A stretch of 43,666 bases of DNA from a virus (IMGVR_UViG_3300033485_000036:1-43666); one strand, 5' to 3'; positions 8,864-17,608 are shown, counted from the first letter of the stretch. Numbers and translations: made by a program. The notes: a model not told the origin generated them from the letters alone.

Positions 8864-8888
8864 TCTTGGAGTAGAAAGACACAGAGTA

Positions 8889-8908
8889 CCGACCGGGCGG
8901 TTCCCCGG
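8889..8908 (+). repeat. Start-associated hairpin repeat, copy 2
   Basis: CCGACCGGGCGGTTCCCCGG. Confidence 0.9.
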
Positions 8909-8932
8909 ATGCAATGTAAGGGAGAGTAGGAA

Positions 8933-9409
8933 ATGGGACGACCCAAGGGAAGCAAGAACAAGAGTCAGAAGAACCCTTTCGATGCGCTGTCGCAGGACTG
9001 GCGCGACGCGATGGATGCGCTCGGGAACGACGAGAAGGCGCTTCGAGACCAGATCGCCAAGGTGTCGCTCGACAACGCGGCACTCCGAGAGGCTCAGAAG
9101 GAGGACCAGGACCTGGCCGAGAAGAAGGCAAAGGTCGCAAGTGCGATGGAGTCATACACCCCCCACTACAAAGCACACAAGCTCATGGTGGCCTACCTTC
9201 GCAATCGACTCGGCGACATCGGCAAGGACACTGGGGACTCTGGGTTCGAGGAGTCGGGTGACGCAAGTGTCGGCGTTGAGCTCTCGATCGTCCGGCCCGA
9301 GCCGGCGACGGAGGACCCGGCGACGGAGGACCTCGAAGACCTCATTCGTCAGTCCCTCGAGAACGTCAAGGCCAAGATCGGCGAGCCAGCTTGGGCGCCA
9401 GTGAAGTAG
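8933..9409 (+). CDS. Putative DNA-binding protein (AT-hook-like N-terminus, coiled coil, acidic tail)
   Basis: MGRPKGSKNK; helical core; acidic PATED x2 repeat (9302-9331). Confidence 0.6.
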   Translation: MGRPKGSKNKSQKNPFDALSQDWRDAMDALGNDEKALRDQIAKVSLDNAALREAQKEDQDLAEKKAKVASAMESYTPHYKAHKLMVAYLRNRLGDIGKDTGDSGFEESGDASVGVELSIVRPEPATEDPATEDLEDLIRQSLENVKAKIGEPAWAPVK

Positions 9410-9482
9410 CGTAGGGTTGTAGCCAGCCGGACTCGTTCCGGCTCAGCACGGTGTCGCCACGAGCCAGGCAATTCGGGGCAAC

Positions 9483-9677
9483 CTACTTCTTGATGGTCAA
9501 CTTGGCGGCCATAACCTCAAGCGACTTCGGAAGCATGTCGTGCGTAGACTCAGCGAGCTCAGTATAGCCCGGGTCGCCAGGGCGAGAAACGACCCATGCG
9601 TCTCCGATGAAATTCTTGCCATAGATCGGCTTCCAGTAAACAATCATTCCGTATTTGTACCAATATGAGCGATTCAT
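9483..9677 (-). CDS. Small protein downstream of the MuF toxin; candidate immunity protein
   Basis: 64 aa, GGAG SD, AT-richer, abuts the MuF stop. Confidence 0.55.
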   Translation of the reverse strand: MNRSYWYKYGMIVYWKPIYGKNFIGDAWVVSRPGDPGYTELAESTHDMLPKSLEVMAAKLTIKK

Positions 9678-11138
9678 TTATTCTCCGAACTTAATATTGG
9701 GGTCGATTGACTTGAGTGTGGAAATCATCTCGTTGACAATTCCATCACCCCATACCGATGCGGCGTGCGCCTTACCTTTGGCGATGGCATGGGCGTAGAC
9801 TTCCGCGAACGCCTCACGAGGCCCAGTGGTTGGATCTAGGAAGTAATCGTGGGCCCATTTGGTTGTTCCTGGGTCGGGTCGCTTCGTCCATTCCTGCCAC
9901 ATCTTTCGCCACGAATCTGTACCAGACAGCAGTTTCGGGCCAGCCTTGAAATCCAAAACGTGACCATATTCGTGAGCCAAGATGGATTCGGTGCCCAACC
10001 CCCCTCCGCTCGCTATAACCAGGTGCTTCTCGCCGATGACCATCCCGGTGACTACCCGGTTCATGCCTTCGATTTGGCCAGCCTCTTCGTAGAAATTCTT
10101 GAGTTTCTTGCTGTATCGAATAGCTTCTGGAACCGACTTGGATACCAGGTCGATGTTGAGCGTCGCCCCCTTGTCAACCAATGTCTTGGCAAGCAAAGGC
10201 GATGCTTCGGTAACTAGCTGTAGGTCTCGGGTGATGGTTTCGGCTTGAGGGGTTTCCGTCCTTGTGAACCTGAGCGCCTCACCCCAGACCTCACTTGTCG
10301 TCTCCGCGGGCTCAATTGTCTCTGGCTCTACAGCTAGCTCTGATTCCGGCTCCACCATTGGCTCCAGCTGTGGCTCTGGTTGGGTTTCTGTCTTCTTGCC
10401 GAGATCGAGCACGGGCTCGCAGTAGCAGCGGCATTGGATTTCAGACCCGGGCCAGATGTGCTCGCCACGGAAAAGGATGCCAGTGGCCAGGTCGTACTCT
10501 TGGCCTTCGAGCTCGGCATGCTCGTCGCGCACGCGCTCGTCACCCATCGTGCGCCAGATGCCGCGGGTGACACCGAGTTGTTCCATGGTGTCCTTCGACA
10601 CCTCGGCATTGAGCTTGCCGGTCTGGTCCCGGGCGATGCGTTCAGCGTTTGACTTGCTGACGCCGGCGCGCTCTTGGAGCCTCTTTGCGATGGTCTCCCA
10701 TCGCGTTCCAGCCTCGAAGCCCTTGGCCACCATCTCGCGCACGTCTTCGAGGTAGCGATCCTCTACCGTGCGAATGAGGTCGACGTTTTCTGCCACCCAC
10801 TTGTCGACACGCCCATTTCCGGCCACGTCCTTCGCGTCGATGCCGGTGAGACGCTCCACATTGCGCTCTGCCAACTTGACGGTTGCCGTGCCTACCGGCC
10901 GAACTGCTCCAGCCAGACGCTGTGCTGGCCACGCCTCTGCCATCTGGCGCTCGACCCCACTAGTCACGTCGGTGGTGATGCCCTCCGCGTCCGAGATGAC
11001 GTTCGCGATGCGCAGTGCGCGCTCGACCGCGGACTCCGTCTTGTGATGGAGGTCCGCCAGGAAGGGCCCGACGCGGCGCATGTACATCTCGGCCTGGCGG
11101 TCGGGATGGATGGGTCGCGTGATGGGGCGACGCCTCAC
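9678..11138 (-). CDS. Minor head protein (MuF/SPP1 gp7) fused to a C-terminal zincin metallopeptidase domain
   Basis: MuF motifs RAERIARDQ-like (NAERIARDQTGKLN), WRTMGDERVRDEH, PGSEIQCRC; Pro/Glu linker; HEYGH...EAFAE. Confidence 0.88.
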   Translation of the reverse strand: MRRRPITRPIHPDRQAEMYMRRVGPFLADLHHKTESAVERALRIANVISDAEGITTDVTSGVERQMAEAWPAQRLAGAVRPVGTATVKLAERNVERLTGIDAKDVAGNGRVDKWVAENVDLIRTVEDRYLEDVREMVAKGFEAGTRWETIAKRLQERAGVSKSNAERIARDQTGKLNAEVSKDTMEQLGVTRGIWRTMGDERVRDEHAELEGQEYDLATGILFRGEHIWPGSEIQCRCYCEPVLDLGKKTETQPEPQLEPMVEPESELAVEPETIEPAETTSEVWGEALRFTRTETPQAETITRDLQLVTEASPLLAKTLVDKGATLNIDLVSKSVPEAIRYSKKLKNFYEEAGQIEGMNRVVTGMVIGEKHLVIASGGGLGTESILAHEYGHVLDFKAGPKLLSGTDSWRKMWQEWTKRPDPGTTKWAHDYFLDPTTGPREAFAEVYAHAIAKGKAHAASVWGDGIVNEMISTLKSIDPNIKFGE

Positions 11139-12487
11139 TTGGGCTCCACCTCGCCCTTATTCCCGTCGGGCTCAGGGGCAAGCGACCGGTCCGGCTCGCC
11201 GTAGGCCGACTCGGATTGTTCGGCGAGGTCAGGAAATACTGCGGCTCGGACTTCATCCGGGGCGATGGCTCCCGCTTTGACCATGAGGTCGTAGGCCTGT
11301 GCGGTCGTCAGGAGTGTCTGGGCCTGCTCTTGGGACGTCGGGGCCCACAGGGGGTTGAATTCGATCTTCCAGTTAGACGGCTCCTTCGCCCCCCACTTGG
11401 CGCGAAGTACTCCCTCGAGGGCCGGTCTCACATACTCCGTCTGGATCGTACCAGCAAAGGCGTACCATGCTCTGGTTGAGTCGGCTCCGGTCGCACCGAG
11501 TCCTGTCGGTTGCTGCCCCATCAGGACGGGCACAGGGATACGAGAGGCCATCGACAGCCGTTGGGCTGCGCGGTCGAGTAGCTCGGGGAGGCCTGTGACC
11601 GGGGTCGGGTGTCGCTCGTACCGTTCGGCTGGAGTGGTGCCATCCCCGGCATCGAGAGGAATGGGGCGATGGAGCGATCGGCTGGCGTCGATGAGCTTGT
11701 AGCGCGCCGCAATGGCTGTTGCGCCAGCCGAATCCGTGGACGTCAGGGCTCGGAGGAGGCCAGAGAGCGTAATGCTGCCCTGTGCCCAGTCAGGTAGGAG
11801 TCCCAGGGCCTCCGAATACGCGATCTCGAAGTCCTTGATGATTGGAACAAGCGTCTCGAGGATCGGCTGAGACCATCCCATTCGCTCGATGATGCCGCTT
11901 CGCGATAGGCCGCGCGGCGCGATACGGACGATACGGGAGTGGTGAATCCTCTGTATGGATGACATCACCATACCAAGGGGTTGTAGGTCGTAGTAGGCAG
12001 GGAGGCCGAACGACTTGGATTCGAGTGATGTGACGTACTCCGAGGTTGCGCGCAGCTCGGTGGCGTCAAACACAATGAGGCCCTTGAGTTTGCTTCCAGT
12101 GCCCCATGGCTTACTTAGGTCTGCGTCGCTCGACATCAACAGGATTCCAGCACCACCGAGGGCCCTTCCCTTCCGGATTGAGTCGAGTAGCACCGAGTCG
12201 ATGTCAAGATCTTCGAGCTCAGCCTTCACCTTCTCGGTGATGTCTTCAGTCCCAGAGGTAACCGACCACCCGGGCCGCAGTGCCTCCGACACGGGGGCAT
12301 CAACGATGAGCTGCGCCACATCGGACGAAGCCCAAAATGCAAGGGCCTCGCTCGGCTGGAGTTTGGACCCAGACAGGCCATACTGTAAGCGCTTGTCGTA
12401 TTTACCTCCTCCTCCATTTGGCGAGACGAAGGCGTCTTGGATGATTTTCGCCGAGTGGTCCACTGTATCCATCAAGACGATAGACAC
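11135..12487 (-). CDS. Portal protein, DUF1073-like (alternative start 12472)
   Basis: RALGGAGI, FGLPAYY, IHHSRIV, RIPVPVLMGQQPTGLGATG, IEFNPLW motifs. Confidence 0.88.
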   Translation of the reverse strand: MSIVLMDTVDHSAKIIQDAFVSPNGGGGKYDKRLQYGLSGSKLQPSEALAFWASSDVAQLIVDAPVSEALRPGWSVTSGTEDITEKVKAELEDLDIDSVLLDSIRKGRALGGAGILLMSSDADLSKPWGTGSKLKGLIVFDATELRATSEYVTSLESKSFGLPAYYDLQPLGMVMSSIQRIHHSRIVRIAPRGLSRSGIIERMGWSQPILETLVPIIKDFEIAYSEALGLLPDWAQGSITLSGLLRALTSTDSAGATAIAARYKLIDASRSLHRPIPLDAGDGTTPAERYERHPTPVTGLPELLDRAAQRLSMASRIPVPVLMGQQPTGLGATGADSTRAWYAFAGTIQTEYVRPALEGVLRAKWGAKEPSNWKIEFNPLWAPTSQEQAQTLLTTAQAYDLMVKAGAIAPDEVRAAVFPDLAEQSESAYGEPDRSLAPEPDGNKGEVEPK

Positions 12488-12506
12488 ACCGAGGGCCGTT
12501 GGTCAC

Positions 12507-12546
12507 TGGGTCGTCGATATTAACCCACCAACAATGAATGACCCAT
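12507..12546. repeat. 40-bp exact repeat containing the enhancer-like tandem site (copy 1; copy 2 at 28861-28900)
   Basis: TGGGTCGTCGATATTAACCCACCAACAATGAATGACCCAT; both copies lie in divergent intergenic regions. Confidence 0.9.
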
Positions 12547-12577
12547 GTGATTCTACCGTGTGTTGCGGTAGTGGGGG

Positions 12578-12594
12578 CTGGCACATGGGATGCA
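12578..12594 (+). promoter_or_regulatory. sigma54-type promoter
   Basis: CT-GG-CACATGGGAT-GC-A; ATG 12607 at 14 nt; hairpin CTACCG/CGGTAG upstream. Confidence 0.85.
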
Positions 12595-12606
12595 TGATGA
12601 TGCTGC

Positions 12607-12999
12607 ATGCAAAGACAAGAGTGGTTGGATTCGCTCAAGAGTGGTGATGAGGTCGCAATGAAGTCGCGGTATTTGCCGGGATTCGGCGGGGAGAGGGGCT
12701 GGCAGATCCGACTCATCTCCAAGATCTCGCCCGGACGAACAAAGTTCACACTGTCCGACAATGACCGCGTGAAACCCGAAATGCTCCACCAAGTCACCGA
12801 CGAGGTACGCGCAAGCATTGATTTTCACACTGCCGCAATCGCGCTGTGCCATGAAGCCAACGTGCTTCGGGATGAATTGACGACAATCGCAAACTACTCC
12901 AAGCTCCTTAGGACACAGGACGCGATCGACCTGAAGGCCGAGCTCGTTGGGGTTTTGAATCACATCAGGCTTGGCATACTGTCTGCAAAGTCATTCTGA
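12607..12999 (+). CDS. Hypothetical protein (SH3-like N-terminus)
   Basis: WLDSLKSGDEVA...; follows the promoter. Confidence 0.7.
   Translation: MQRQEWLDSLKSGDEVAMKSRYLPGFGGERGWQIRLISKISPGRTKFTLSDNDRVKPEMLHQVTDEVRASIDFHTAAIALCHEANVLRDELTTIANYSKLLRTQDAIDLKAELVGVLNHIRLGILSAKSF
12971..12987 (+). promoter_or_regulatory. sigma54-type promoter
   Basis: TT-GG-CATACTGTCT-GC-A; ATG 13001 at 15 nt. Confidence 0.75.
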
Positions 13000-13000
13000 C

Positions 13001-13216
13001 ATGAAGAGGATCGCACAGCAAGTAGATGTCGATGGAATCCGGAAGGCTGTTGAGGTAAGCGCCGGGGACTCCTCGCGAATCAGTGATGCCACGATTCGAG
13101 CCATCCATGCCGATGCGGCCCGATTCGCCGCAAGGGCTGGGTACTCGAGGGCCCTCTGTGTCGAGATTGCGAATGACGTGACAGTTCGCGACTTGACCAT
13201 TATCGTTGGGATGTGA
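13001..13216 (+). CDS. Hypothetical protein
   Basis: MKRIAQQVDV... Confidence 0.65.
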   Translation: MKRIAQQVDVDGIRKAVEVSAGDSSRISDATIRAIHADAARFAARAGYSRALCVEIANDVTVRDLTIIVGM

Positions 13217-13236
13217 CCGACCGGGTGGTTCCCCGG
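13217..13236 (+). repeat. Start-associated hairpin repeat, copy 3
   Basis: CCGACCGGGTGGTTCCCCGG (loop variant). Confidence 0.88.
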
Positions 13237-13251
13237 TGAAGGGAGAGATGT

Positions 13252-13326
13252 ATGTTTCCGTATGTGATCGTAATGATTCCGGTGTTCGCATCGTTCTTGT
13301 TTCAGGTGTGCTCGGAGGGTAAGTGA
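13252..13326 (+). CDS. Small hydrophobic peptide (24 aa)
   Basis: AAGGGAGAG SD; MFPYVIVMIPVFASFLFQVCSEGK; ends at the next start. Confidence 0.45.
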   Translation: MFPYVIVMIPVFASFLFQVCSEGK

Positions 13327-13737
13327 ATGGCTGATATCGGGAACCTAGTTGTGTCGAGGACGTTTGGTCTTAATGATTGGGTTGAAGAGTCACACGGGAG
13401 GGCGGCCGAAAAGGGTTGGTGGGACGATTGCGCATACCGTGGCGAGAATGATGACTTCGAAATCCTGAACGAATGCGTCTACGACAAGATCCCAGAGAAG
13501 CTGGCGCTCATCCACTCAGAGGTCAGTGAGGCCCTCGAGGATTTCCGCAACGGCACAATGGTGACTGACTACGAGGAGAACGGGAAGCCAGTTGGCTTCA
13601 ATACCGAGCTCGCCGACATCTTGATTCGCGTGTTCGACCTTGCAGGGGCGTTGGGTATCGACCTCGAGAAGGAAGTGCGCATCAAGTCGGACTTCAATGA
13701 GACCCGCCAGCGTCGCCACGGCGGGAAGCGCTGCTGA
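13327..13737 (+). CDS. MazG-like NTP pyrophosphohydrolase
   Basis: EKLALIHSEVSEALE...ELADILIRVFDL...K..FN..R...HGGK. Confidence 0.88.
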   Translation: MADIGNLVVSRTFGLNDWVEESHGRAAEKGWWDDCAYRGENDDFEILNECVYDKIPEKLALIHSEVSEALEDFRNGTMVTDYEENGKPVGFNTELADILIRVFDLAGALGIDLEKEVRIKSDFNETRQRRHGGKRC

Positions 13738-13812
13738 GTTGAACCGGGGGTCGCGTAGGCGCCGAGTGGGATTCGAGACCCACGCCACCATTGCCGCACA
13801 AGGGAGAAACAC

Positions 13813-14373
13813 ATGATCGAGAAGCAGCTTCGTAGGAGAGACGTGCTCACGAAGGATGACATGTATGAGCGTTGGCAAGCCATGGAGTTCGGAAACCGGC
13901 CGCGCTCATGGGAAAGCTTCGAAGAGTGGAATGCAGATTGGACCTACATGGGTCCGGTGGCCATTCGATACTGTGAGCCCGACAGCAAGCGCAAGGCCTA
14001 TGGTGTTCGTGTTGGCAAGGTCCTTGATACACTGCGTGAACTCGGTGGTGAAATCTCGAAGTACCGCTTCTCTGAGCAATCGAATCTCGATGATGTGGTG
14101 ATTCAAGGTGAGTTGACCGACATCTATGGCGGGGTGTTGTTGTCGTACACCCACGCCAATAAGCCGATGTCGAAGGTGCGGGACACACTCATCGACGTGC
14201 GAGGCTCGGCCGCGATGGCCACGCTCGACCGCTGGCTTGACCCGTGTGACGCGGAGGATCTTCGCTACCTGCTCGCCTCCTACCCGAGGCACGTCATCGA
14301 GTTCGGTTCCTACCGACGGCCGTTCGGGGTGTGTCATCGACGCATGTGTGTGTGGGAAGTGCGCAAGTACTGA
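13813..14373 (+). CDS. Uncharacterised protein, possibly ATP-grasp-like (paralogue of 25623-26204)
   Basis: GNR..W, VAIR, QGEL, SYPRHVIEF, VWEVRKY. Confidence 0.7.
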   Translation: MIEKQLRRRDVLTKDDMYERWQAMEFGNRPRSWESFEEWNADWTYMGPVAIRYCEPDSKRKAYGVRVGKVLDTLRELGGEISKYRFSEQSNLDDVVIQGELTDIYGGVLLSYTHANKPMSKVRDTLIDVRGSAAMATLDRWLDPCDAEDLRYLLASYPRHVIEFGSYRRPFGVCHRRMCVWEVRKY

Positions 14374-14389
14374 CGGAACGATGAGTGCA
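14373..14389 (+). promoter_or_regulatory. sigma54-type promoter
   Basis: AC-GG-AACGATGAGT-GC-A; ATG 14403 at 15 nt. Confidence 0.6.
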
Positions 14390-14402
14390 TGGAGCTGTGG
14401 CC

Positions 14403-14684
14403 ATGAGGAAGAAGAGCCGGAAGAGCAGTCACCACAGCAAGCGAGGCAGCTCGAAGGCCAGGGCAAGGCGTCGCTCATACCTACTACACGTCTACCAATC
14501 TGACGTCGGGGTTGGTACGTGTAGATGTTACAGGTGTGGCGCAGTGTTGACGGAAAACACAATTACAGTAGATCGAATACTCCCGGGATGTCTCGGTGGG
14601 TCCCATGTGCGCGCAAACATTCGCCCGGCGTGCGGTAGGTGTAACTCGGAAACGGGCGGAATGCTGTCAGGGAGAAACCGATGA
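14403..14684 (+). CDS. HNH endonuclease
   Basis: CYRCG...TVDRILPGCLGGS....NIRPACGRCNS. Confidence 0.85.
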   Translation: MRKKSRKSSHHSKRGSSKARARRRSYLLHVYQSDVGVGTCRCYRCGAVLTENTITVDRILPGCLGGSHVRANIRPACGRCNSETGGMLSGRNR

Positions 14685-14959
14685 TTGAAGTCCACGCGGA
14701 GACTCGAGTTGTCAAGTTCCCCACCCTCGCCCGAGCGATTCACTACCTCGAGGACGCAAAGCGCCAGGTACGCAAAGCAAATGACGTGCTCGGGAATGTA
14801 TATCTCGTCGACACGAAGGCCACGGAGTCGTACACCGCGAAGCACCCGAATCGCCTCAAGGGTCCGGTGTTCGTTCGCCGGCCAGGAACCTACGTGCCGA
14901 TGGGTTTCGAAAAGGCATGGGGAAATGTGGTCAGTGTTCTTGGCTTCATTGATGCATAG
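14681..14959 (+). CDS. Hypothetical protein
   Basis: AGGGAG SD; ATGA overlap. Confidence 0.7.
   Translation: MIEVHAETRVVKFPTLARAIHYLEDAKRQVRKANDVLGNVYLVDTKATESYTAKHPNRLKGPVFVRRPGTYVPMGFEKAWGNVVSVLGFIDA
14940..14956 (+). promoter_or_regulatory. sigma54-type promoter
   Basis: TT-GG-CTTCATTGAT-GC-A; ATG 14969 at 14 nt. Confidence 0.75.
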
Positions 14960-14968
14960 GCCCAAGCC

Positions 14969-15520
14969 ATGACCTGGAACATTCGACGCAGTGCGCTTCC
15001 GAACGACCGCAGATTCACGCTCCCCAGCACGATCCAAGCCGTGAAGAATCTCGTAAAAATCGAGGAGTTCAGTCTTGATGTCGCGGCTGAGCCACTCTCG
15101 CACCACGCGGAGAAGTGGATTGGTCCGCTCGGTGAGCCCGGGCAGGGAGGGTGCGTTGGACTCGATGGGATGGTGGCAGCGTGGAGCGGACACGTCTTCT
15201 GTAACCCGCCATGGAGCCAGAAGGATGAATGGGTGGCCAAGGCATGGAGTGAGTGGTCCTCAGGGCTCCCGAACACCATCACCATGCTGCTTCCGGCGAC
15301 GACAGATCAGGCGTGGTGGCATACGTTCGTTGAGCCGCATCGAATCAGCGGCGCCCTCGGTGTGCGGTTCATGGAGACACGCACCAAGTACGGCAAGCCC
15401 GAGGATCCGACCGGCAAGGATCAGGGGAGTCCGCAGTTTGGATCGGTTATCCTCCATTGGTCGTGCGTTACTCCGCGAGACGCTCATGCCGGATTGAGCA
15501 TGAACCATGCGGCCTGGTGA
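14969..15520 (+). CDS. Phage N6-adenine DNA methyltransferase (Dam/PF05869-like)
   Basis: FSLDVAA, DG...W.G.VFCNPPWS, MLLPATTDQAWW. Confidence 0.88.
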   Translation: MTWNIRRSALPNDRRFTLPSTIQAVKNLVKIEEFSLDVAAEPLSHHAEKWIGPLGEPGQGGCVGLDGMVAAWSGHVFCNPPWSQKDEWVAKAWSEWSSGLPNTITMLLPATTDQAWWHTFVEPHRISGALGVRFMETRTKYGKPEDPTGKDQGSPQFGSVILHWSCVTPRDAHAGLSMNHAAW

Positions 15521-15764
15521 CAGGGTCGTCCACACGACCGGAGAGTTCGGCATTGTCGTTGGCATCGGCCGCACCATCAACGGCTTCGCCGGACTCGTCA
15601 CGGTGGATTGGGAGCTCGGGGGAGAGGTGTGGGGGCGGTCGGATGCGCCGCAGTGGTCCCTGACGGTATGCCCACCCAAGGCCGAGATGGGTCGTCAATG
15701 CGCACCCGTCGACACCAAAAGACCCGTCGCAGCCAAACCGAAGCAGCTGGATATGTTCGGATGA
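15507..15764 (+). CDS. Small SH3-like protein with a C-terminal clamp-binding-like motif
   Basis: MRPGDRVVH..GEFGIVV; ends KQLDMFG. Confidence 0.6.
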   Translation: MRPGDRVVHTTGEFGIVVGIGRTINGFAGLVTVDWELGGEVWGRSDAPQWSLTVCPPKAEMGRQCAPVDTKRPVAAKPKQLDMFG

Positions 15765-15768
15765 GTCG

Positions 15769-15785
15769 GTGGATCGATTCCTGTA
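15769..15785 (+). promoter_or_regulatory. Variant sigma54-type promoter (-12 GT)
   Basis: GT-GG-ATCGATTCCT-GT-A; ATG 15798 at 14 nt; a TACAAT -10 is also present. Confidence 0.45.
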
Positions 15786-15797
15786 GTACAATCAGGC

Positions 15798-16034
15798 ATG
15801 AACACAAAACAACCAGTGCAAGATGTCAGGATTACGCACACGCTACACGACGGCGACAAGAGCCTCAGGGTGCGCATGTATGACGGGCGCATCCTGGATT
15901 CCGGGGGCTGCGAGATTGGCGCTTATGGCTTGACATGGTGGCACGGAGAGCCCATGCTCTCTGAGATTCGGTTGCACGACCGCCAATACACCAGCCCGCG
16001 GACCGTATGGGTGGAGTGTGTAGGGGCCGCATAG
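15798..16034 (+). CDS. Hypothetical protein
   Basis: ORF fills the gap between a promoter and the repeat. Confidence 0.65.
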   Translation: MNTKQPVQDVRITHTLHDGDKSLRVRMYDGRILDSGGCEIGAYGLTWWHGEPMLSEIRLHDRQYTSPRTVWVECVGAA

Positions 16035-16036
16035 TA

Positions 16037-16056
16037 CCGACCGGGCGGTTCCCCGG
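16037..16056 (+). repeat. Start-associated hairpin repeat, copy 4
   Basis: CCGACCGGGCGGTTCCCCGG-ATGCAGTGTAAGGGAGAG, nearly identical to copy 2 including its flank. Confidence 0.9.
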
Positions 16057-16077
16057 ATGCAGTGTAAGGGAGAGAAG

Positions 16078-16359
16078 ATGGAAAAAGGAAAAATCAGTCA
16101 CAGGCCACTGGAGATCGAGGGGGCACTCTATACCGAGATCACCAGGACGTACAAAAACTACACAATCCGACAGACGCTGGCGGAGGGAAACCCGCGCGAA
16201 CCATGGACGCTGACCAGTGCGCTCAGTGATGGCGAAAGCGTGTTGTTCGCCTACTCGGGCATGTACGAAACACAGGAGTCCGCCATTGACGTGGCTGATG
16301 AGCACCTGAAGCAGGCCAATCGAATCATCGTTGGGAACTTCTCAAAGAAGGGTGGGTGA
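16078..16359 (+). CDS. Hypothetical protein
   Basis: Strong SD; MEKGKISHRP... Confidence 0.7.
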   Translation: MEKGKISHRPLEIEGALYTEITRTYKNYTIRQTLAEGNPREPWTLTSALSDGESVLFAYSGMYETQESAIDVADEHLKQANRIIVGNFSKKGG

Positions 16360-16362
16360 TAC

Positions 16363-16656
16363 ATGGAACTCGACAAGGCGGAGCTCGAAGTACTGGTTGC
16401 GCGTGTGGCACAGGACGAAGTCTCGAAGGTGCTTGGTCGGATTGTGGCGGAGTTGACCGTCAATGCTGAGGCCATTTCCGAGATCGAGTATGCGCTTGAG
16501 GCCTTGGGTCTCGACCCGGACGAAGAGGACGATGGGGCCAAGGAGCCGGATTCCCTGGACGAGTTCATTGCCGGGCGTACAGCCTCCAACCCCGAGTTTA
16601 CCAAGATGGTGGCCATCGCAAGCGCAGCCCTGGCCGAGGAGGCGAAATGCAGTTGA
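16363..16656 (+). CDS. Acidic hypothetical protein
   Basis: D/E-rich, 97 aa. Confidence 0.7.
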   Translation: MELDKAELEVLVARVAQDEVSKVLGRIVAELTVNAEAISEIEYALEALGLDPDEEDDGAKEPDSLDEFIAGRTASNPEFTKMVAIASAALAEEAKCS

Positions 16657-16952
16657 CCGACGCAGTGAATGGGCTGTTCGAATGTCTCGGCGGTGTCCTC
16701 CTTTGGATGGGTGTCCGCCGGCTGTGGATCGACCGAGAAGTCAAGGGCGTCTACTGGCCCGCGACGATGTTTTTCGGTCTGTGGGGTTGGTGGAACCTGT
16801 TCTACTACCCCAACCTCGGGCAGTGGCTCTCGTTCCTTGGGGGACTCGTCGTTGTGTCGGCCAATACGACATGGGTGGTGCTGTTCTTGGTGTTCCGGGC
16901 GAAGAAGGCTGCACATGACCCACTTAAGGAATACATGAGTCAGGGCCGATGA
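16647..16952 (+). CDS. Three-TM membrane protein (PQ-loop/SemiSWEET-like)
   Basis: Three hydrophobic segments; RLWIDREVKGVYW; WNLFYY; ANTTWV. Confidence 0.65.
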   Translation: MQLTDAVNGLFECLGGVLLWMGVRRLWIDREVKGVYWPATMFFGLWGWWNLFYYPNLGQWLSFLGGLVVVSANTTWVVLFLVFRAKKAAHDPLKEYMSQGR

Positions 16953-17031
16953 CTCACCAACAATGAATGACTCACCTGGCCCTCGGTAACCACTCGGTTG
17001 CCGGGGGCTTCTTCTTGGCATGCCGCAAGCA
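16950..17031 (+). promoter_or_regulatory. Enhancer-like tandem site + terminator-like hairpin + sigma54 promoter cassette (copy A)
   Basis: TGACTCAC-N10-TGACTCAC; GCCCTCGGTAACC-ACTC-GGTTGCCGGGGGC-TT; TT-GG-CATGCCGCAA-GC-A; ATG 17044 at 14 nt. Confidence 0.85.
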
Positions 17032-17043
17032 ACACGTGGATGC

Positions 17044-17250
17044 ATGGAAACCAAATTCATCAACGGAGATGTTGTGATGGTGTCGAGGTTCGGTCAGTCC
17101 GTCAGTGGTGTCGTGACGGGGCGATTCGACTATCCGGTGACATCGGGGTACCCGGGCGGAACACGTGACTACAGCGTCGCGCTTGTCACGGGTGAGCTGG
17201 TGTGGGCACATGAGAGTCGCATCATGTTTGTAAGAAGTGCCTTTCTTTAG
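17044..17250 (+). CDS. Small SH3-like protein (paralogue of 17964-18158)
   Basis: F..GD.V.V.R.G.SV.G.VTG.FD.PVTSGY.GG. Confidence 0.75.
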   Translation: METKFINGDVVMVSRFGQSVSGVVTGRFDYPVTSGYPGGTRDYSVALVTGELVWAHESRIMFVRSAFL

Positions 17251-17332
17251 AGACCCACTGACGACGAATGACTCACTCGGCCCTCGGTAACCACTCTGTT
17301 CCAGGGGGCTTTAAGTTGGCAAGGGGGATGCA
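17251..17332 (+). promoter_or_regulatory. Same cassette (copy B)
   Basis: AGACCCAC-N10-TGACTCAC; hairpin; TT-GG-CAAGGGGGAT-GC-A; ATG 17345 at 14 nt. Confidence 0.85.
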
Positions 17333-17344
17333 GAACCAACGACC

Positions 17345-17608
17345 ATGATTACCACAAACCCGAAGCAAAATGCAGTGCGATATGCCACCTCGATGATGCT
17401 GAGCATTGAGGATGACGAGCAGACTGGTAGCGTGAGGCACACCGACAGCACCTTCGAGACTTGCCAGCGGTGCGGCGGCAGTGGCTGCAAGACGCACGAA
17501 GTCGCCCCATGGGTGCGCCCGGTGGCCAAGCTCGATGGAGGCTACGTCGAGGCTGAGGTGACCGTGACGTGCGACGCGTGCGGCGGGAGCGGGTTGGTGC
17601 GGTCGTGA
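17345..17608 (+). CDS. DnaJ-type zinc-finger protein
   Basis: CQRCGGSG and CDACGGSG. Confidence 0.75.
   Translation: MITTNPKQNAVRYATSMMLSIEDDEQTGSVRHTDSTFETCQRCGGSGCKTHEVAPWVRPVAKLDGGYVEAEVTVTCDACGGSGLVRS

Noticed and set aside
9410-9486. Structured ncRNA between convergent genes
   Set aside because: The AGCCGGA/TCCGGCT hairpin and weak outer stem are adequately explained as a terminator-like element; single copy
13738-13792. tRNA or tRNA-derived attP (GTGGGATTCGAGACCCAC-GCCACCA)
   Set aside because: T-arm-like hairpin and CCA only; no acceptor stem, D arm or anticodon arm can be built, and no integrase is present
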